Assembly (NCBI GenBank): GCA_902618175.1
Contig: CACMZN010000005.1
Coordinates: forward strand, 5,371-69,370
From: an uncultured Verrucomicrobiota bacterium
GTDB lineage: Bacteria > Verrucomicrobiota > Verrucomicrobiia > Opitutales > Seribacteraceae
Length of the DNA stretch: 64,000 nt
Reading direction: 5' to 3'
The translations under genes were made by a program, and so were the position numbers. Shown here one piece after another: positions 37,629-49,048 of the stretch. How positions within the stretch are numbered: the stretch's first letter is position 1; every line of letters starts with the position of its first letter. A model generated the notes under the pieces. That model ran no database searches, had not been told where the DNA came from, and saw only the letters and a program-made list of their open reading frames with translations.

Positions 37629-40427
37629 TTGTATGTAAAGCAAGCGAGAAATATGGAGGACGATCCGCTATTTAGACGAATAAGGCAACATGCCGAGATT
37701 AGGCTTAAGTTCAATGCCACCCAACCCGACAGCCATCGAATTGCAAAACTCAAAGAGTTTATGCGTTTAGAAAAAGAAATGCTTTTTCGTTACCATCAGA
37801 AAGGTGATTCCGGATTTCGGCTCACAAGAGCCCGAGCGGTAATCGTAGACGTTTTGGTTCAAAATCTCTTTTCATACGCCGTTGAAATTGCTTCCCAGTC
37901 ACTTATTCGAACAAAACCAATGTGTGTTTTGGCCACGGGAGGTTACGGCCGGGGTGAATTGAGTCCACACAGTGACATCGACATCATGTTTCTATACCCT
38001 CAGTCCTCGATGGGGAAATCACTCGATTTGCTCAAGGAAACCATGATCCGGGAAATTCTCTACCCGCTTTGGGATACGGGATTGAAAGTGGGTCATGCTT
38101 CACGAGAATTCAAGGAAGCTCTTACAGAGTCACAAAAGGATATTCGAAACAAAAACTCCATGCTTGACGCTCGTTTCATATGCGGTAATCGCAAAGTTGC
38201 CGAGAAATTTACGGCTCGCTTCAAGAGATACTGTCGAAAAACTAACCCCTCCCAATATCTTGTTGATCTTCTTGATCACCAGGAGAAAAGAAGATTCGAA
38301 AAAGGGAATACGGTTTTTCTTCAAGCCCCCGACGTTAAGAATGGGGTGGGAGGGTTACGTGATTACCAAGGTATTCTATGGATGGCCAAGATCAAATTCG
38401 AAAACGATGACTTGTTTGAACTTGAAAAGAGAAAATACCTCAATAGCCAGGAATTGAAGTCGTTTCAGGAGGCCTACTCTTTTTTACTCAGGGTGAGAAA
38501 CGAACTTCATTTTCGCAGCAAACGGCCTGTGGATCTTCTTCATCTCGAAAAACAACCGGAAGTTGCTTTGGGCTTAGGCTATAGAGAAAAAGATATTTTC
38601 CGGCGAGTGGAGCTGTTCATGCAAGATTATTATTTCAAGGCCCGAACAATTGCTCAACTGTCCGGCATTATTGAACAAAGGCTCGTCAAATCCAACAGTG
38701 GTTCGACTTCTCCCCTAAGCTTCAGAAAAGTTATACAGGCATATCGTGCTCCTCCGGTTCAGGAGATCGATGGATTCGACATTCGTGGTGATGAAATCAC
38801 TTACAATCATTCGTCTATCTTCGATGAAGATCCTGAGAGACTTATTCGCTTGTTTCGTCATTCCCAAAGATTATCCGCCAAACTTTCACCTGACTTACGT
38901 TCCCTTGTTCGCAACCGCCTGAATTTAGTTGATTCAAATCTAATCAACTCACCATCTGCGAACGTAACTTTTAGATCCATCATGCAGGAGATCGGAAACG
39001 TCAGCCCGACTTTATCTGAGATGCACGAACTTGGAATATTGGCTCGATTTGTTCCTGAATTCGGACGTTTATCCTGCAAAGTACAACACGACATTTATCA
39101 TCGTTTCACAGCCGACATCCATGTCCTAAAGTGCATCAACATTTTGGATGAGATTTTCCAAGGAAAAGAAAAACATTCTCAACATTACTTGGAAGCGTTG
39201 CGTAAAAACGACGTCCCTGGTCTTCTCTATCTTATTCTCTTCCTTCATGATCTTGGTAAAGATCAAGGTCCCAAAGGTCATTGCGAACGGGGGGTTGAGA
39301 TAGGCAAGAATATGATTGATCGATTGGGAATATCTGAAGAAATGCGCGATCGCATACTCTTTGTAGTCCGTAATCATTTGGAAATGGTCCGATATGCCAA
39401 TAAATTCGACCTTGATGATCCTGAAGTCATTGATGCTTACGCCGCATTTATACAGGGTGAGCAAAGACTTCGCTTCCTGTATGTGCACACTTATTGCGAT
39501 GCAAACGCCACCGCGCCGGATCTTTGGAATTCACATAAGGAGGAATTGCACACTCAACTCTACAACAACACCTTGTCGGTTCTAGAGGGAAAACGTTCTC
39601 TCAAGGATCCGAATACCTTGAAAAATGCTTACAAGGACTTGAGGGTGGAAGGTATTAGAAAAGATGAGATTCTTCATCACCTTGAACAAGTTCCCACAAG
39701 GTATTTTTCTCACACTGGAAAAGAGGAGATTGCACTTCACATTGATATGGTCCATCGATTTGACAAGAACGGTCGCGAATCTCCCAATCCCATCATCAAT
39801 TGGAGAAATGACCTTCGGAGATCACTCACCGTTGTAGATATTGTGACCCGTGATCGAGGCAGTTTGTTTGAGAAGATAACTGGCGCATTTTCGATAGCAG
39901 AGCTCAATATTTTAGGCGCTAGAGCGGTTACTCGAAAGGATGGACTGGCTATTGACGTTTTCTATGTCGAAAGTGGAAAAGGTGGAGTTGTAGACAACAC
40001 AAAAACCCGAGAACTGTGTGAATCTTCTATCAACTCCTTTCTGCTTGGAGAAAGCGCTCCTGAGGCTCTTATTTCAGAAAAAAGAAAGAAAACGGATCGA
40101 AATCGCCTTTTTTCCAACGAAGACAAACTTGGGGAAAAGATTCCACCTCGGGTTGACGTATACCGTGACGTTTCACTAGCTCGAACGATCGTCGAGGTCC
40201 GAGCGGCGGATCGGATTGGATTGCTCCATCTGATTTCCCAAACCATTTCAAATTGTGGATTTAGCATTCAGTTTGCCCGCATTGCAACTGAACAGGGCGT
40301 TGCAACCGACATATTTAACATCGAGCCCGACAACACCAAGAAATCCTTTACTCCGAATCATTTCATTGAATTAAGGGAACACCTGAGCACCGCTCTGAAT
40401 GAGGGTAAATTTTATCACGAAGTTTGA
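37629..40427 (+). CDS. glnD: [Protein-PII] uridylyltransferase/uridylyl-removing enzyme
   Basis: ATGGYGRGELSPHSDIDI, PDVKNGVGGLRD, HD domain (YHRFTADIH, FLHDLGK), two ACT domains; start may be ATG 37652. Confidence 0.95.
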   Translation: MYVKQARNMEDDPLFRRIRQHAEIRLKFNATQPDSHRIAKLKEFMRLEKEMLFRYHQKGDSGFRLTRARAVIVDVLVQNLFSYAVEIASQSLIRTKPMCVLATGGYGRGELSPHSDIDIMFLYPQSSMGKSLDLLKETMIREILYPLWDTGLKVGHASREFKEALTESQKDIRNKNSMLDARFICGNRKVAEKFTARFKRYCRKTNPSQYLVDLLDHQEKRRFEKGNTVFLQAPDVKNGVGGLRDYQGILWMAKIKFENDDLFELEKRKYLNSQELKSFQEAYSFLLRVRNELHFRSKRPVDLLHLEKQPEVALGLGYREKDIFRRVELFMQDYYFKARTIAQLSGIIEQRLVKSNSGSTSPLSFRKVIQAYRAPPVQEIDGFDIRGDEITYNHSSIFDEDPERLIRLFRHSQRLSAKLSPDLRSLVRNRLNLVDSNLINSPSANVTFRSIMQEIGNVSPTLSEMHELGILARFVPEFGRLSCKVQHDIYHRFTADIHVLKCINILDEIFQGKEKHSQHYLEALRKNDVPGLLYLILFLHDLGKDQGPKGHCERGVEIGKNMIDRLGISEEMRDRILFVVRNHLEMVRYANKFDLDDPEVIDAYAAFIQGEQRLRFLYVHTYCDANATAPDLWNSHKEELHTQLYNNTLSVLEGKRSLKDPNTLKNAYKDLRVEGIRKDEILHHLEQVPTRYFSHTGKEEIALHIDMVHRFDKNGRESPNPIINWRNDLRRSLTVVDIVTRDRGSLFEKITGAFSIAELNILGARAVTRKDGLAIDVFYVESGKGGVVDNTKTRELCESSINSFLLGESAPEALISEKRKKTDRNRLFSNEDKLGEKIPPRVDVYRDVSLARTIVEVRAADRIGLLHLISQTISNCGFSIQFARIATEQGVATDIFNIEPDNTKKSFTPNHFIELREHLSTALNEGKFYHEV

Positions 40428-40433
40428 GCTTAC

Positions 40434-42143
40434 CTACCTTGAAACTGGTAGAGTCAACCGAAAGACAGTCCCATCCGATCCTGATTCTAGTAGTTCCAAA
40501 TCCCCATCATGAGCTCTCAACATTCTTTTTGAAATCGTCAAACCCAGACCCGTTCCACCATCTCTTGCAGTTAGAAAAGAATCAAAAATGCGATCCCTAT
40601 ATTCTTCCGGAATCCCCTTGCCAGTATCCTTGACCAATACGGATACTCTTCTCTTGGAAGACAATAAGGTTTCAATCGTCAGATGACCACCATCTGGCAT
40701 CGCTCCCAAAGCATTAAGTATGAGATTGAGAAGAGCCTGCTGAATCTGACCCTTGTCCACGAATACCATTAGATCAGAAGGAACTTCATTCATGGTCAGA
40801 CTCACTTGGGATTGCTCAAGTTTAAGTCTTACCAACAAGGCAGCTTCCTTTAAAACTTCACGAAGAAAGAATCTCCTTCTGAACGACTCGCGACTTTTTC
40901 CAAAGTCAAGAATACGTCCGGCAATTTGATCCAAGTGATTAAGCTTTTCACGAATGATTGAAAGATCCTTCATTTTATTTACATCGGACGGATCATCGAG
41001 TTCAAGTGAATCAAAAAGCAAACGAACAACCATCAATGGATTTCTGATTTCATGCGCAATCTCTGCCGCCAAAGTACCCAGCGTCGTTAATCTTTCACTT
41101 TTTCTGAGACTTTCTTCGGTAGAAAAAACCCTGGCGTAGAGGTGCGCATTCTGAATCGCAATCGCTCCCAAATCAGACAAAGCTCTCGCAATCAACCTTT
41201 CGTCGTCATTAAAACGATGGCTTCGATCAACGTACAGGGTCAGCAGACCAATGGGCGCATCCTCATAAACCACGGGAGTAACCAACATCGAATGAAGATT
41301 GCGTTCTCGAATTAAGGAAACGAAGTGGTGCTCTTCCGTACGAAGAAGATCCCGGGTCTGTACCTGTCTATGCCCTCGTAGGGCAGTTCCCAAAATACTG
41401 TCGGAAGGCTTGAGAGTCTCATGATATTCGATGGATCCATCTTCATTCTGCAGAGAATTGAGTTTGAGCAGATCCTTTTTGGGGTCGTAAATGAAGAATG
41501 CGGACAATCGACAATCCAACAAAAGCAAGGCTTCTCTGGTAATCGATTCCAATACTTCCTCCACTTTTCGCGTACCCGCCATATCCTGCCCAACTAACAC
41601 CAAGGTCTGCAATTGTTCCGCTTTCCTTCTTAGTTGCTGAACCATCCACATATTTTCCAAAACTCGACTGGCTTCGTTGGCCATTAGTGAAAGCAAACGC
41701 AAATCATTTTCATCAAAAGCAAACTTCTCCATCGAATCCACGTTGAGAGCACCAACCGTTCGCCCTCCTTCCGTCAACGGCGCAGCCATTTCTGAATTAA
41801 TTCGGTCATCCAAGCGGTAGTACCTATCTTCCAAATCGACGTCCGGGCAAAGAAATGGTTCTCCATGCATGGCAACCCATCCGGTAATCCCAATTCCCAT
41901 AGGCAATTCAAAACCTTTGCTTGATTTGGACAATCCCCGTTCGACTTCGATGAGAAGCTTATCCGAGTCCGCATTCAGTAAGCATATGGAAGCCGAACTT
42001 GCTCCGAAGGCGTTCATAACTTCGTCCAAGATTCCTTCCAGTGCAATCAGTGGATTTCTTTCTTTGCCAGCAAGAGCACTGATTCGATACAAAACGTCTA
42101 CGACTCGCTTTTCCGGGGATGTAGTTAGATTCTGCTGATGCAC
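40434..42143 (-). CDS. Cytoplasmic GAF-GAF sensor histidine kinase
   Basis: Two GAF domains (GITGWVA..., AIAIQNA), AHEIRNPL, NLILNA, DTGKG, GGTGLGL; no TM. Confidence 0.92.
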   Translation of the reverse strand: MHQQNLTTSPEKRVVDVLYRISALAGKERNPLIALEGILDEVMNAFGASSASICLLNADSDKLLIEVERGLSKSSKGFELPMGIGITGWVAMHGEPFLCPDVDLEDRYYRLDDRINSEMAAPLTEGGRTVGALNVDSMEKFAFDENDLRLLSLMANEASRVLENMWMVQQLRRKAEQLQTLVLVGQDMAGTRKVEEVLESITREALLLLDCRLSAFFIYDPKKDLLKLNSLQNEDGSIEYHETLKPSDSILGTALRGHRQVQTRDLLRTEEHHFVSLIRERNLHSMLVTPVVYEDAPIGLLTLYVDRSHRFNDDERLIARALSDLGAIAIQNAHLYARVFSTEESLRKSERLTTLGTLAAEIAHEIRNPLMVVRLLFDSLELDDPSDVNKMKDLSIIREKLNHLDQIAGRILDFGKSRESFRRRFFLREVLKEAALLVRLKLEQSQVSLTMNEVPSDLMVFVDKGQIQQALLNLILNALGAMPDGGHLTIETLLSSKRRVSVLVKDTGKGIPEEYRDRIFDSFLTARDGGTGLGLTISKRMLRAHDGDLELLESGSDGTVFRLTLPVSR

Positions 42144-42195
42144 AAGAAAAGATTTAGCTGGAATCGCGCCTAAGGCGAGTCAGGAAAGTTTTGAC

Positions 42196-42786
42196 TCAAT
42201 CTTTTCTCTGCAGGAAATGAGCCCAGGTATTCTCCATCGGCTTGCCGTAAAGAGAAGACATGAAGGGTCTTCTGGAAGGACGCTTTGGTTCCTTGAGCAA
42301 ACGCATGCCGGCTTCCTTTGGAGAACGATTGCTTTTTTTGCTGTTACAGCGAATGCATGAAATCACCACATTCTCCCAACAAGTTCCACCTCCTCTGTCC
42401 CTTGGAACAACATGATCCATGTTCAATTCCTTGGACGGTAAGTTCTTTCCGCAATATTGGCATCGGTAGTCGTCACGCTCAAGCAAGTTCTGTCGGTTGA
42501 ACTTCATCTCCTGCATCAAAGTTCGATCATAGGAACGTAAAAGCAGAACTGTGGGAACAATCACTTGTTGCTTAACTGTGTGAACAATGCGGGAACCTGG
42601 TTCGATTTCAAGGTCTTTGCAGAAATCAAACCAATTTGATCCGTCGAAAACCCGAAAGCTTCCATCCTCTGCATAAATTACTTGGGCGTGATCAAGAGCC
42701 AACAGACTGAACGCTCTCTCCACTCCGACGACATTGACAGCTTGCCAAAGGCGATTGAGCACGAGAGTTTGATAATTAGTGTCCAT
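42196..42786 (-). CDS. HNH endonuclease (McrA/HNH_5-like)
   Basis: TLVLN, RDDYRCQYCG, DHVVPRDRGG, WENVVISCIRCNSKK. Confidence 0.9.
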   Translation of the reverse strand: MDTNYQTLVLNRLWQAVNVVGVERAFSLLALDHAQVIYAEDGSFRVFDGSNWFDFCKDLEIEPGSRIVHTVKQQVIVPTVLLLRSYDRTLMQEMKFNRQNLLERDDYRCQYCGKNLPSKELNMDHVVPRDRGGGTCWENVVISCIRCNSKKSNRSPKEAGMRLLKEPKRPSRRPFMSSLYGKPMENTWAHFLQRKD

Positions 42787-42967
42787 TCACAGTCAAATAT
42801 AACTCGTCGTTAACGAAAAATGTCAAAGGGATTTTCTCAAATTTTCAGTACCAAAAAAGTAATTTTCATTCAGCCAAACATACGATGACCTTTCATCAGA
42901 GTGAAACGACATGGAAACGGAAACCAGTTTCGAAACATCAAAAAAATCAAAACCGAATTTTTCAAGT

Positions 42968-44887
42968 TCAGTAGCTACGCCCCTCCTTCTTTTCGTAATA
43001 ATTCAAAAAGGCCTTGTGAACGACACGGTAACCACCGGGTGTAGGATAATCACCGGTAAAGTACCAGTCACCAGGATGATCAGGCAGAGCCTCGTGCAGA
43101 TTCTCAATACTTTGGTATATTATTTCAACCTCGGTTTCTTGTCGCAGACATGGTGGACTCACTAATTCGGCAACTTTTCTGGAAATTTCGGATGCCTTGA
43201 AATTTTCATACACCCGCTTGACGTGATTTGTGAAAACGGGCTTGGTCTCCCTCAAGGATTCTTTGCATTTCTTGGCTACCTCGGAAAGCAAACCCTCGTA
43301 TCCACGCTCTTTTATCAAAGCAACTGCAGCTTGAAAAGCTATAAACTTACCCAATTCGGACATATCTATTCCGTAGCAATCAGGATATCGAATCTGAGGA
43401 GCAGTCGAAGCGATCACTAACTTTCTTGGTTTCGAACGACCAAGAATCTTAAGAATGCTTTTCTTGAGGGTGGTTCCCCGAACAATGGAGTCATCAATAC
43501 AAACTAGCGCATCTTCTTGCTCTCGAACCACCCCGTAAGTGATGTCGTAAACATGAGAAACCAATTGTGCCCGACCCGATTCCTGACTGATGAATGTGCG
43601 AAGCTTGATGTCTTTGTTCGCTATTTTCTCTCCGATCGGCCAATTATCCATAACCAGTTCATTAATCAGATCATCCGTCATCTGATTCTTCTTTCGAGCA
43701 TTTATGAGACTTTGTTTGACTTCTGCCCTCCGCACCATCCGTAGTTGCTCCATAAAACCATAATAAGCGCTCTCCGCAGTGTTGGGGACGTAACTAAAGA
43801 CACTTTTCTTGAAGTCATTACCCACTGACTTCAATACCTGTGGAACAAGCAAGGCTCCTAAATTTTTGCGTTCGGAGTAAATGTCAGGATCATTCCCACG
43901 TGAAAAATAAATTCGTTCAAACGAACATCCCGTCCGACGGGCGGGATCATCGGCAAATCTTTTGACCTGCACTTCTCCACTTGCCCGAATTACGACAATG
44001 GTACCGGGTTTAATTTCAGATATTTCATTCATTTCCTTCCCAAAAACCGTCATCAGCGGAGCTCTCTCGGATGCCACGGCCACCACTTCGCTATCTTCAA
44101 AATAATAACTGGGCCTGATGCCTAGCGGATCACGCATTGCGAATGAATCTCCATTTCCAATGATTCCCGCAAGAGCATAGCCACCATCCCAATGAGCTGC
44201 CGCGTCCGAAAAAATCTCGGCGAGGTCCATGCGTTCTCCGATCCATTTCGCCAGCATCTCACCCTCCACCCCCTCGTCATTGGCAAGAGAGGAAAGTCTG
44301 TCGTTGGCTGCGTCGAGATGATATCCGGTTTCTTCCAAAATTGCCTGCGTATCAGTATCGAAAACCGGGTGTTGTCCACGCTCAACCAGTTTTTGGTTTA
44401 ATTGCTCAACGTTGGTGAGATTGAAATTTCCCGCAACCATGAGATTTTTGCCTGGCCAATTGCTCTTTCTGAAATAGGGATGACAAGTGGTTGCTCCGTA
44501 AGCACCGGAAGTCCCATAACGCAAGTGACCAAGAAGCAACTCGCCGCCATAATCAAAATGTTCCTTGATGGTTTCAGGAAATTCAGGGTAGGCTTTGCCA
44601 TCCTCAAAAAGTTTGTCCAGTTGCTTGTGCTGACTACCGAATATTTTGGTCAAAGCTTTGCTGCTAGTACTCCTTTCGCGAAACATGAAGGCCTCGCCAG
44701 GTGGCATACCTAACTTCATCGAACCGATTCCAGCTCCATCCTGACCGCGATTATGTTGCTTTTCCATAAGAAGGAAAAGCTGGTTGAATCCCCAAAGCGA
44801 AGTTTCATACTTCTCAGCATAATAAGCCAAGGACTTCTTCAGACGTATAAGTGCAATACCGCAGTGATGTCCTATTTCATCGCTCAT
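42968..44887 (-). CDS. purF: Amidophosphoribosyltransferase (long form)
   Basis: HHCGIA, QHNRGQDGAG, GHLRYGT, RDPLGIRP, CSFERIYFSRG, DDSIVRGTT. Confidence 0.93.
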   Translation of the reverse strand: MSDEIGHHCGIALIRLKKSLAYYAEKYETSLWGFNQLFLLMEKQHNRGQDGAGIGSMKLGMPPGEAFMFRERSTSSKALTKIFGSQHKQLDKLFEDGKAYPEFPETIKEHFDYGGELLLGHLRYGTSGAYGATTCHPYFRKSNWPGKNLMVAGNFNLTNVEQLNQKLVERGQHPVFDTDTQAILEETGYHLDAANDRLSSLANDEGVEGEMLAKWIGERMDLAEIFSDAAAHWDGGYALAGIIGNGDSFAMRDPLGIRPSYYFEDSEVVAVASERAPLMTVFGKEMNEISEIKPGTIVVIRASGEVQVKRFADDPARRTGCSFERIYFSRGNDPDIYSERKNLGALLVPQVLKSVGNDFKKSVFSYVPNTAESAYYGFMEQLRMVRRAEVKQSLINARKKNQMTDDLINELVMDNWPIGEKIANKDIKLRTFISQESGRAQLVSHVYDITYGVVREQEDALVCIDDSIVRGTTLKKSILKILGRSKPRKLVIASTAPQIRYPDCYGIDMSELGKFIAFQAAVALIKERGYEGLLSEVAKKCKESLRETKPVFTNHVKRVYENFKASEISRKVAELVSPPCLRQETEVEIIYQSIENLHEALPDHPGDWYFTGDYPTPGGYRVVHKAFLNYYEKKEGRSY

Positions 44888-44895
44888 AACAAATG

Positions 44896-47208
44896 CTAGT
44901 TATCTTTCATACGCGAAGGAATTGCATCTTCCCAACTCCTCTGCAATTCCGAAACGTCTGCATTGAATATTTCCTTGGATTCTACCCGCACTTTGAGATT
45001 GGAGGAGTTCGTACTGTTTCCGATTCTTTGAGCAGGTACTTCTTTTTCCCGTGCTTGAATCAGCAAAGATTCCAGATCCGTTGTCGAAACCGCCACTAAT
45101 ACTCGACCCTGGCTTTCCCCAAAAAACAGGCAATCCAGTCGCATGGTAGAACCAAGATTTGAAAAGTTCAAGTCTGCTCCGAGCAATGGTTCACCAAAAA
45201 GCATTTCAACCAAGGCAACCAGCAAACCACCTTCAGCAAGATCATGAGCTGCTGAAATCCGACCCGCCGAAATTTCCGAAAGAAGAAAACTTTGAAGCCT
45301 GACTTCTGCATCAAGGTCGATTTCTGGTACTTTTCCATCCTTTAATCCATATTCGACCTGCAAATGATAACTCGCTCCCAGTTCATGGGGCAACCCTCCC
45401 AACAAAATTATCTCCATCCCCGGCTCGGGCATCCGACTCCTGGTAACCATATTAGGTTTTTCGATCAAACCAATCATGGAAACGACGGGAGTCGGATCAA
45501 TCGCTCCTTCATTGTTTTCATTGTAGAGACTAACGTTTCCACCCACCACGGGAACGTCAAAGTGGACACAGGCATCAGCCAATCCCCTAGCGCACTCCTT
45601 GAGCAAATAATACGCATCGGGCTTGTTCGGATTTCCGAAGTTCAGGTTGTCAGTCACCGCCAGAGCCTTTGCCCCGGAACAAGCCAAGTTCCGCGAGCAT
45701 TCGGCGAACGCTATCTGCGCCCCATGGTATGGATCGAGGTAACAAAAACGATTGTTGCAGTCGTTGGCGATGGCAAGTCGCTTGTCGATTCCCGCTATGG
45801 AAAGATTCACCACACCCGCATCACTTCCTGGCTCAACCATGCACCCCGACATGACCATATGATCATATTGTCTCCAAATCCATTTCTTCGAACCAATGGT
45901 TGGATGATTCAAAAGTTTTTTTAAGGATTCCTCAACTTTATCGTAAGCCAACGGAGGCACTGAATCGAGTCTCCACTGGCGTGCCCTTACTACATGATCT
46001 GGTTCGCTTGCCGGCTGATCGTAAATCGGAGCGTTGTCGGTAAGAGATTTTGCCGGCAAGTCAACCACCACCACACCCTTGTGGCGAACCACCATTCGAT
46101 CTCCTTCCCTCACTTGTCCTATTCTGGCCGCATGCAAATCCCATTTTTCAAAAACCCGTTCAAGCTCATTCTCCCTTCCTGACTCTACGATTACCAACAT
46201 TCTCTCCTGGCTTTCCGAAAGCATGATCTCATAGGAATTCATTCCCGTCTCTCTTTGCGGAACCAAGTCCAGATCAATCTCGATTCCAGAATCTCCCCGG
46301 GAAGCGGTTTCACAGGTTGAACAAGTCAAACCAGCGGCTCCCATATCCTGAATACCCACTACCAAACCAGGAATTGACATCATTTCAAGACATGCCTCCA
46401 GCAAGAGCTTTTCCATGAATGGATCACCCTTTTGAACAGCTGGACGATCCTCGGCACTTTCCTCAGTCAACTCACGAGAGGCAAAACTGGCCCCACCCAA
46501 ACCATCCCTACCCGTTCCCGATCCTACATAGTATACCGGGTTTCCCACTCCGGTAGCAGCTCCTTTTTGAATATCTTCATGCCGGAGAATACCCGCGCAC
46601 AAAGCATTCACCAGCGGATTTCCCTCGTAGCAGTCGTCGAAATAAACGTCCCCTCCCACATTGGGTATGCCCAGACAATTTCCATAGTGAGAAATTCCAC
46701 TGACCACACCCCGAAACAACCTTTTAACCTGATTCGAGCCAAGAGAACCAAAGCGCAGGGAATTAGTCAGCAGAACCGGACGGGCCCCCATGGTGAAAAT
46801 ATCCCTCACTATTCCTCCCACACCGGTTGCGGCCCCTTCAAATGGTTCAATGGCGCTGGGATGATTGTGAGACTCAATCTTAAAGGCGACACCCCAGCCT
46901 TCCCCAACGTCGATCACACCGGCGTTTTCATCCCCTGCTTTGACCAAAACTTGTCCGATGGCCTCTTTGTCTCTCTTTTCAGTGGGGAACAACCTAAGCA
47001 GTCTGCGGGTATTCTTGTAGGCGCAGTGTTCGGACCACATCACCGAGAATATTCCCAATTCAGTCAGGTTTGGAACACGACCTAGAATTTTGAGGATTTT
47101 TTCGTATTCTTCGGGCAAAAGTCCATGCTCAGAGACTAATTCGGGAGTGATCTCTAGGTTTAAGCAAGGATCGGGATTAGGTGGAGGAACCGTCGAAGAC
47201 ATATTCAT
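44896..47208 (-). CDS. purL: Phosphoribosylformylglycinamidine synthase subunit PurL
   Basis: [50 protein letters not shown]. Confidence 0.96.
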   Translation of the reverse strand: MNMSSTVPPPNPDPCLNLEITPELVSEHGLLPEEYEKILKILGRVPNLTELGIFSVMWSEHCAYKNTRRLLRLFPTEKRDKEAIGQVLVKAGDENAGVIDVGEGWGVAFKIESHNHPSAIEPFEGAATGVGGIVRDIFTMGARPVLLTNSLRFGSLGSNQVKRLFRGVVSGISHYGNCLGIPNVGGDVYFDDCYEGNPLVNALCAGILRHEDIQKGAATGVGNPVYYVGSGTGRDGLGGASFASRELTEESAEDRPAVQKGDPFMEKLLLEACLEMMSIPGLVVGIQDMGAAGLTCSTCETASRGDSGIEIDLDLVPQRETGMNSYEIMLSESQERMLVIVESGRENELERVFEKWDLHAARIGQVREGDRMVVRHKGVVVVDLPAKSLTDNAPIYDQPASEPDHVVRARQWRLDSVPPLAYDKVEESLKKLLNHPTIGSKKWIWRQYDHMVMSGCMVEPGSDAGVVNLSIAGIDKRLAIANDCNNRFCYLDPYHGAQIAFAECSRNLACSGAKALAVTDNLNFGNPNKPDAYYLLKECARGLADACVHFDVPVVGGNVSLYNENNEGAIDPTPVVSMIGLIEKPNMVTRSRMPEPGMEIILLGGLPHELGASYHLQVEYGLKDGKVPEIDLDAEVRLQSFLLSEISAGRISAAHDLAEGGLLVALVEMLFGEPLLGADLNFSNLGSTMRLDCLFFGESQGRVLVAVSTTDLESLLIQAREKEVPAQRIGNSTNSSNLKVRVESKEIFNADVSELQRSWEDAIPSRMKDN

Positions 47209-47897
47209 CCTTTGGAAGAGAGTTCGACTGCACGACTGGAAAGGAGAGGAGCAAAAAAGGCTTTGAGCACTGACAATCCGTCAAGCGAGGGGTGGTAAGA
47301 TTCAACGGCTCTTTCCGGATGAGGCATCATGCCATAGACGTTGCCCTCCCGATTGCGTAGACCTGCAATGTCGTTCATCGAACCATTCGGGTTCTCAAGA
47401 TAGCGAAGAAACACCAGCCCATGGTCTTCGATTTCAGTCAAGATCGAGTCCTTCACACGATAATTTCCCTCGCCGTGTGCAATGGGCAAGGAAAGCGTGG
47501 CGCCAAGCGTCGTAGGATTGAAACGTTCATTTGATTGCTCCACCTTCAGACTTTGATTCAAGCATCGAAATTCCATGCACTCGTTTCGAATCAGGGCGCC
47601 GGGAAGCAAACCAGCTTCACAGAGAATCTGGAACCCATTGCAAATTCCAAGAACTTGGCCTCCATTTTCAGCGAATTTTTTCAAATCATTGGTAATGGGC
47701 GAAAAACGAGCAATTGCTCCACACCGCAGGTAATCTCCAAAGGAAAACCCACCCGGAACGATGACCGCTTCGGTTTCCCCGGGAAGTGAATCCTTGTGCC
47801 AGACCCGATGGGCCGAAATTCCCAATACGTCTCTTACGGCATGTTCCGCGTCCCAATCGCAGTTCGAACCCGGAAACTGGAGAACAGCCACCTTCAC
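47205..47897 (-). CDS. purQ: FGAM synthase glutaminase subunit PurQ
   Basis: [37 protein letters not shown]. Confidence 0.96.
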   Translation of the reverse strand: MKVAVLQFPGSNCDWDAEHAVRDVLGISAHRVWHKDSLPGETEAVIVPGGFSFGDYLRCGAIARFSPITNDLKKFAENGGQVLGICNGFQILCEAGLLPGALIRNECMEFRCLNQSLKVEQSNERFNPTTLGATLSLPIAHGEGNYRVKDSILTEIEDHGLVFLRYLENPNGSMNDIAGLRNREGNVYGMMPHPERAVESYHPSLDGLSVLKAFFAPLLSSRAVELSSKG

Positions 47898-48736
47898 GAC
47901 GTCTCGCTCTCCTCCAATTTTTTCCTGTCACCATATTCTTCCTCCACCACCGGATTGGTCAAGAGTCCAATTCCCTCGATCTCCACGGTTACTTCGTCGC
48001 CGGGCACCAAAAACCGCTTGGGGTCCCTTGCCTCGCCTACACCAGAGGGAGTTCCGGTCAAGATCAGGGTTCCGGGCAGCAAGGTAGTGCTTCCGCTCAG
48101 GAAGGAGATCAGGGCAGGCACATCGAAAATCAAGTCGTCGGTCTTGGATTCCTGAACTTTTTCATCATTCAAATAGGTACGCAACGTAAGCTTGGAAGGA
48201 TCTGTAATCTCATCGGCCGTCGTCAGACAAGGTCCGACCGGACAAAAAGTATCAAAAGTCTTGCCCCGACAAAATTGACCACCTCCTTTTTCCTTCTGCC
48301 AATCACGGGCGCTGACGTCGTTTGCGCAGGTATAGCCGAGAACATGAGAAAGAGCATCCGCAGGAGAAACGTTTTTGCAAGGTCTGCCGATCACCACCCC
48401 AAGTTCACCTTCGTAATCAACTTTATCGCTTCTTAGAAAACGTGGGATTACAATGGGATCTCCCGGATTCTGAGAGGCTGTGGGCGCTTTCATAAAGACC
48501 ATCGGATTCTTCGGTATTTCCATTCCCGTCTCCTCCGCATGGGCTCGGTAGTTCAAACCAACCCCATATATGCAACGGAAATCAATGGGGGTCAGGAATC
48601 GAGAAGGGGAAATCTTCCGATCCGTTGCCTGAAAATCTCCATTGGCCAGTTTTTCAATGGAGAAAGTCTGACCCTGTTCGTCGAACCTCCCGAAACCCAT
48701 TTGTTCGGAATGGTCTAGATAGCGAAAGATTTTCAC
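47894..48736 (-). CDS. Fumarylacetoacetate hydrolase family protein
   Basis: [40 protein letters not shown]. Confidence 0.92.
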   Translation of the reverse strand: MKIFRYLDHSEQMGFGRFDEQGQTFSIEKLANGDFQATDRKISPSRFLTPIDFRCIYGVGLNYRAHAEETGMEIPKNPMVFMKAPTASQNPGDPIVIPRFLRSDKVDYEGELGVVIGRPCKNVSPADALSHVLGYTCANDVSARDWQKEKGGGQFCRGKTFDTFCPVGPCLTTADEITDPSKLTLRTYLNDEKVQESKTDDLIFDVPALISFLSGSTTLLPGTLILTGTPSGVGEARDPKRFLVPGDEVTVEIEGIGLLTNPVVEEEYGDRKKLEESETS

Positions 48737-48978
48737 TACTCAATAATCTCGTAGCGATAATCTTCAATCACCGGATTACACAGCAACCCATCGCACAACT
48801 CTCCAATTTTAGAGCGGGCTTGGGGCGTATCCTCGTCACCGATCTCGAAGGTGATGGTTTTTCCCACTCGAACACCTTTCACCGACGAGTGACCCAAACT
48901 TTTCATCGCTTGCTCGACGGCGGCACCTTGCGGATCCAAGACCGTGGACTTGGGAGATACGAATACCATAACCTTCAC
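48736..48978 (-). CDS. purS: FGAM synthase subunit PurS
   Basis: [21 protein letters not shown]. Confidence 0.95.
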   Translation of the reverse strand: MKVMVFVSPKSTVLDPQGAAVEQAMKSLGHSSVKGVRVGKTITFEIGDEDTPQARSKIGELCDGLLCNPVIEDYRYEIIE

Positions 48979-49048
48979 ATTTGATGTTAGAATGATTTTA
49001 GGCGAAATCTTTCAATCAAATTTTGCGCACGTTAGGAAATAGGCGCCC

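Noticed and set aside
42895-42940. Clustered GAAAC motifs suggesting CRISPR repeats
   Set aside because: Only pentamers at irregular short spacing; no repeat-spacer periodicity or cas genes
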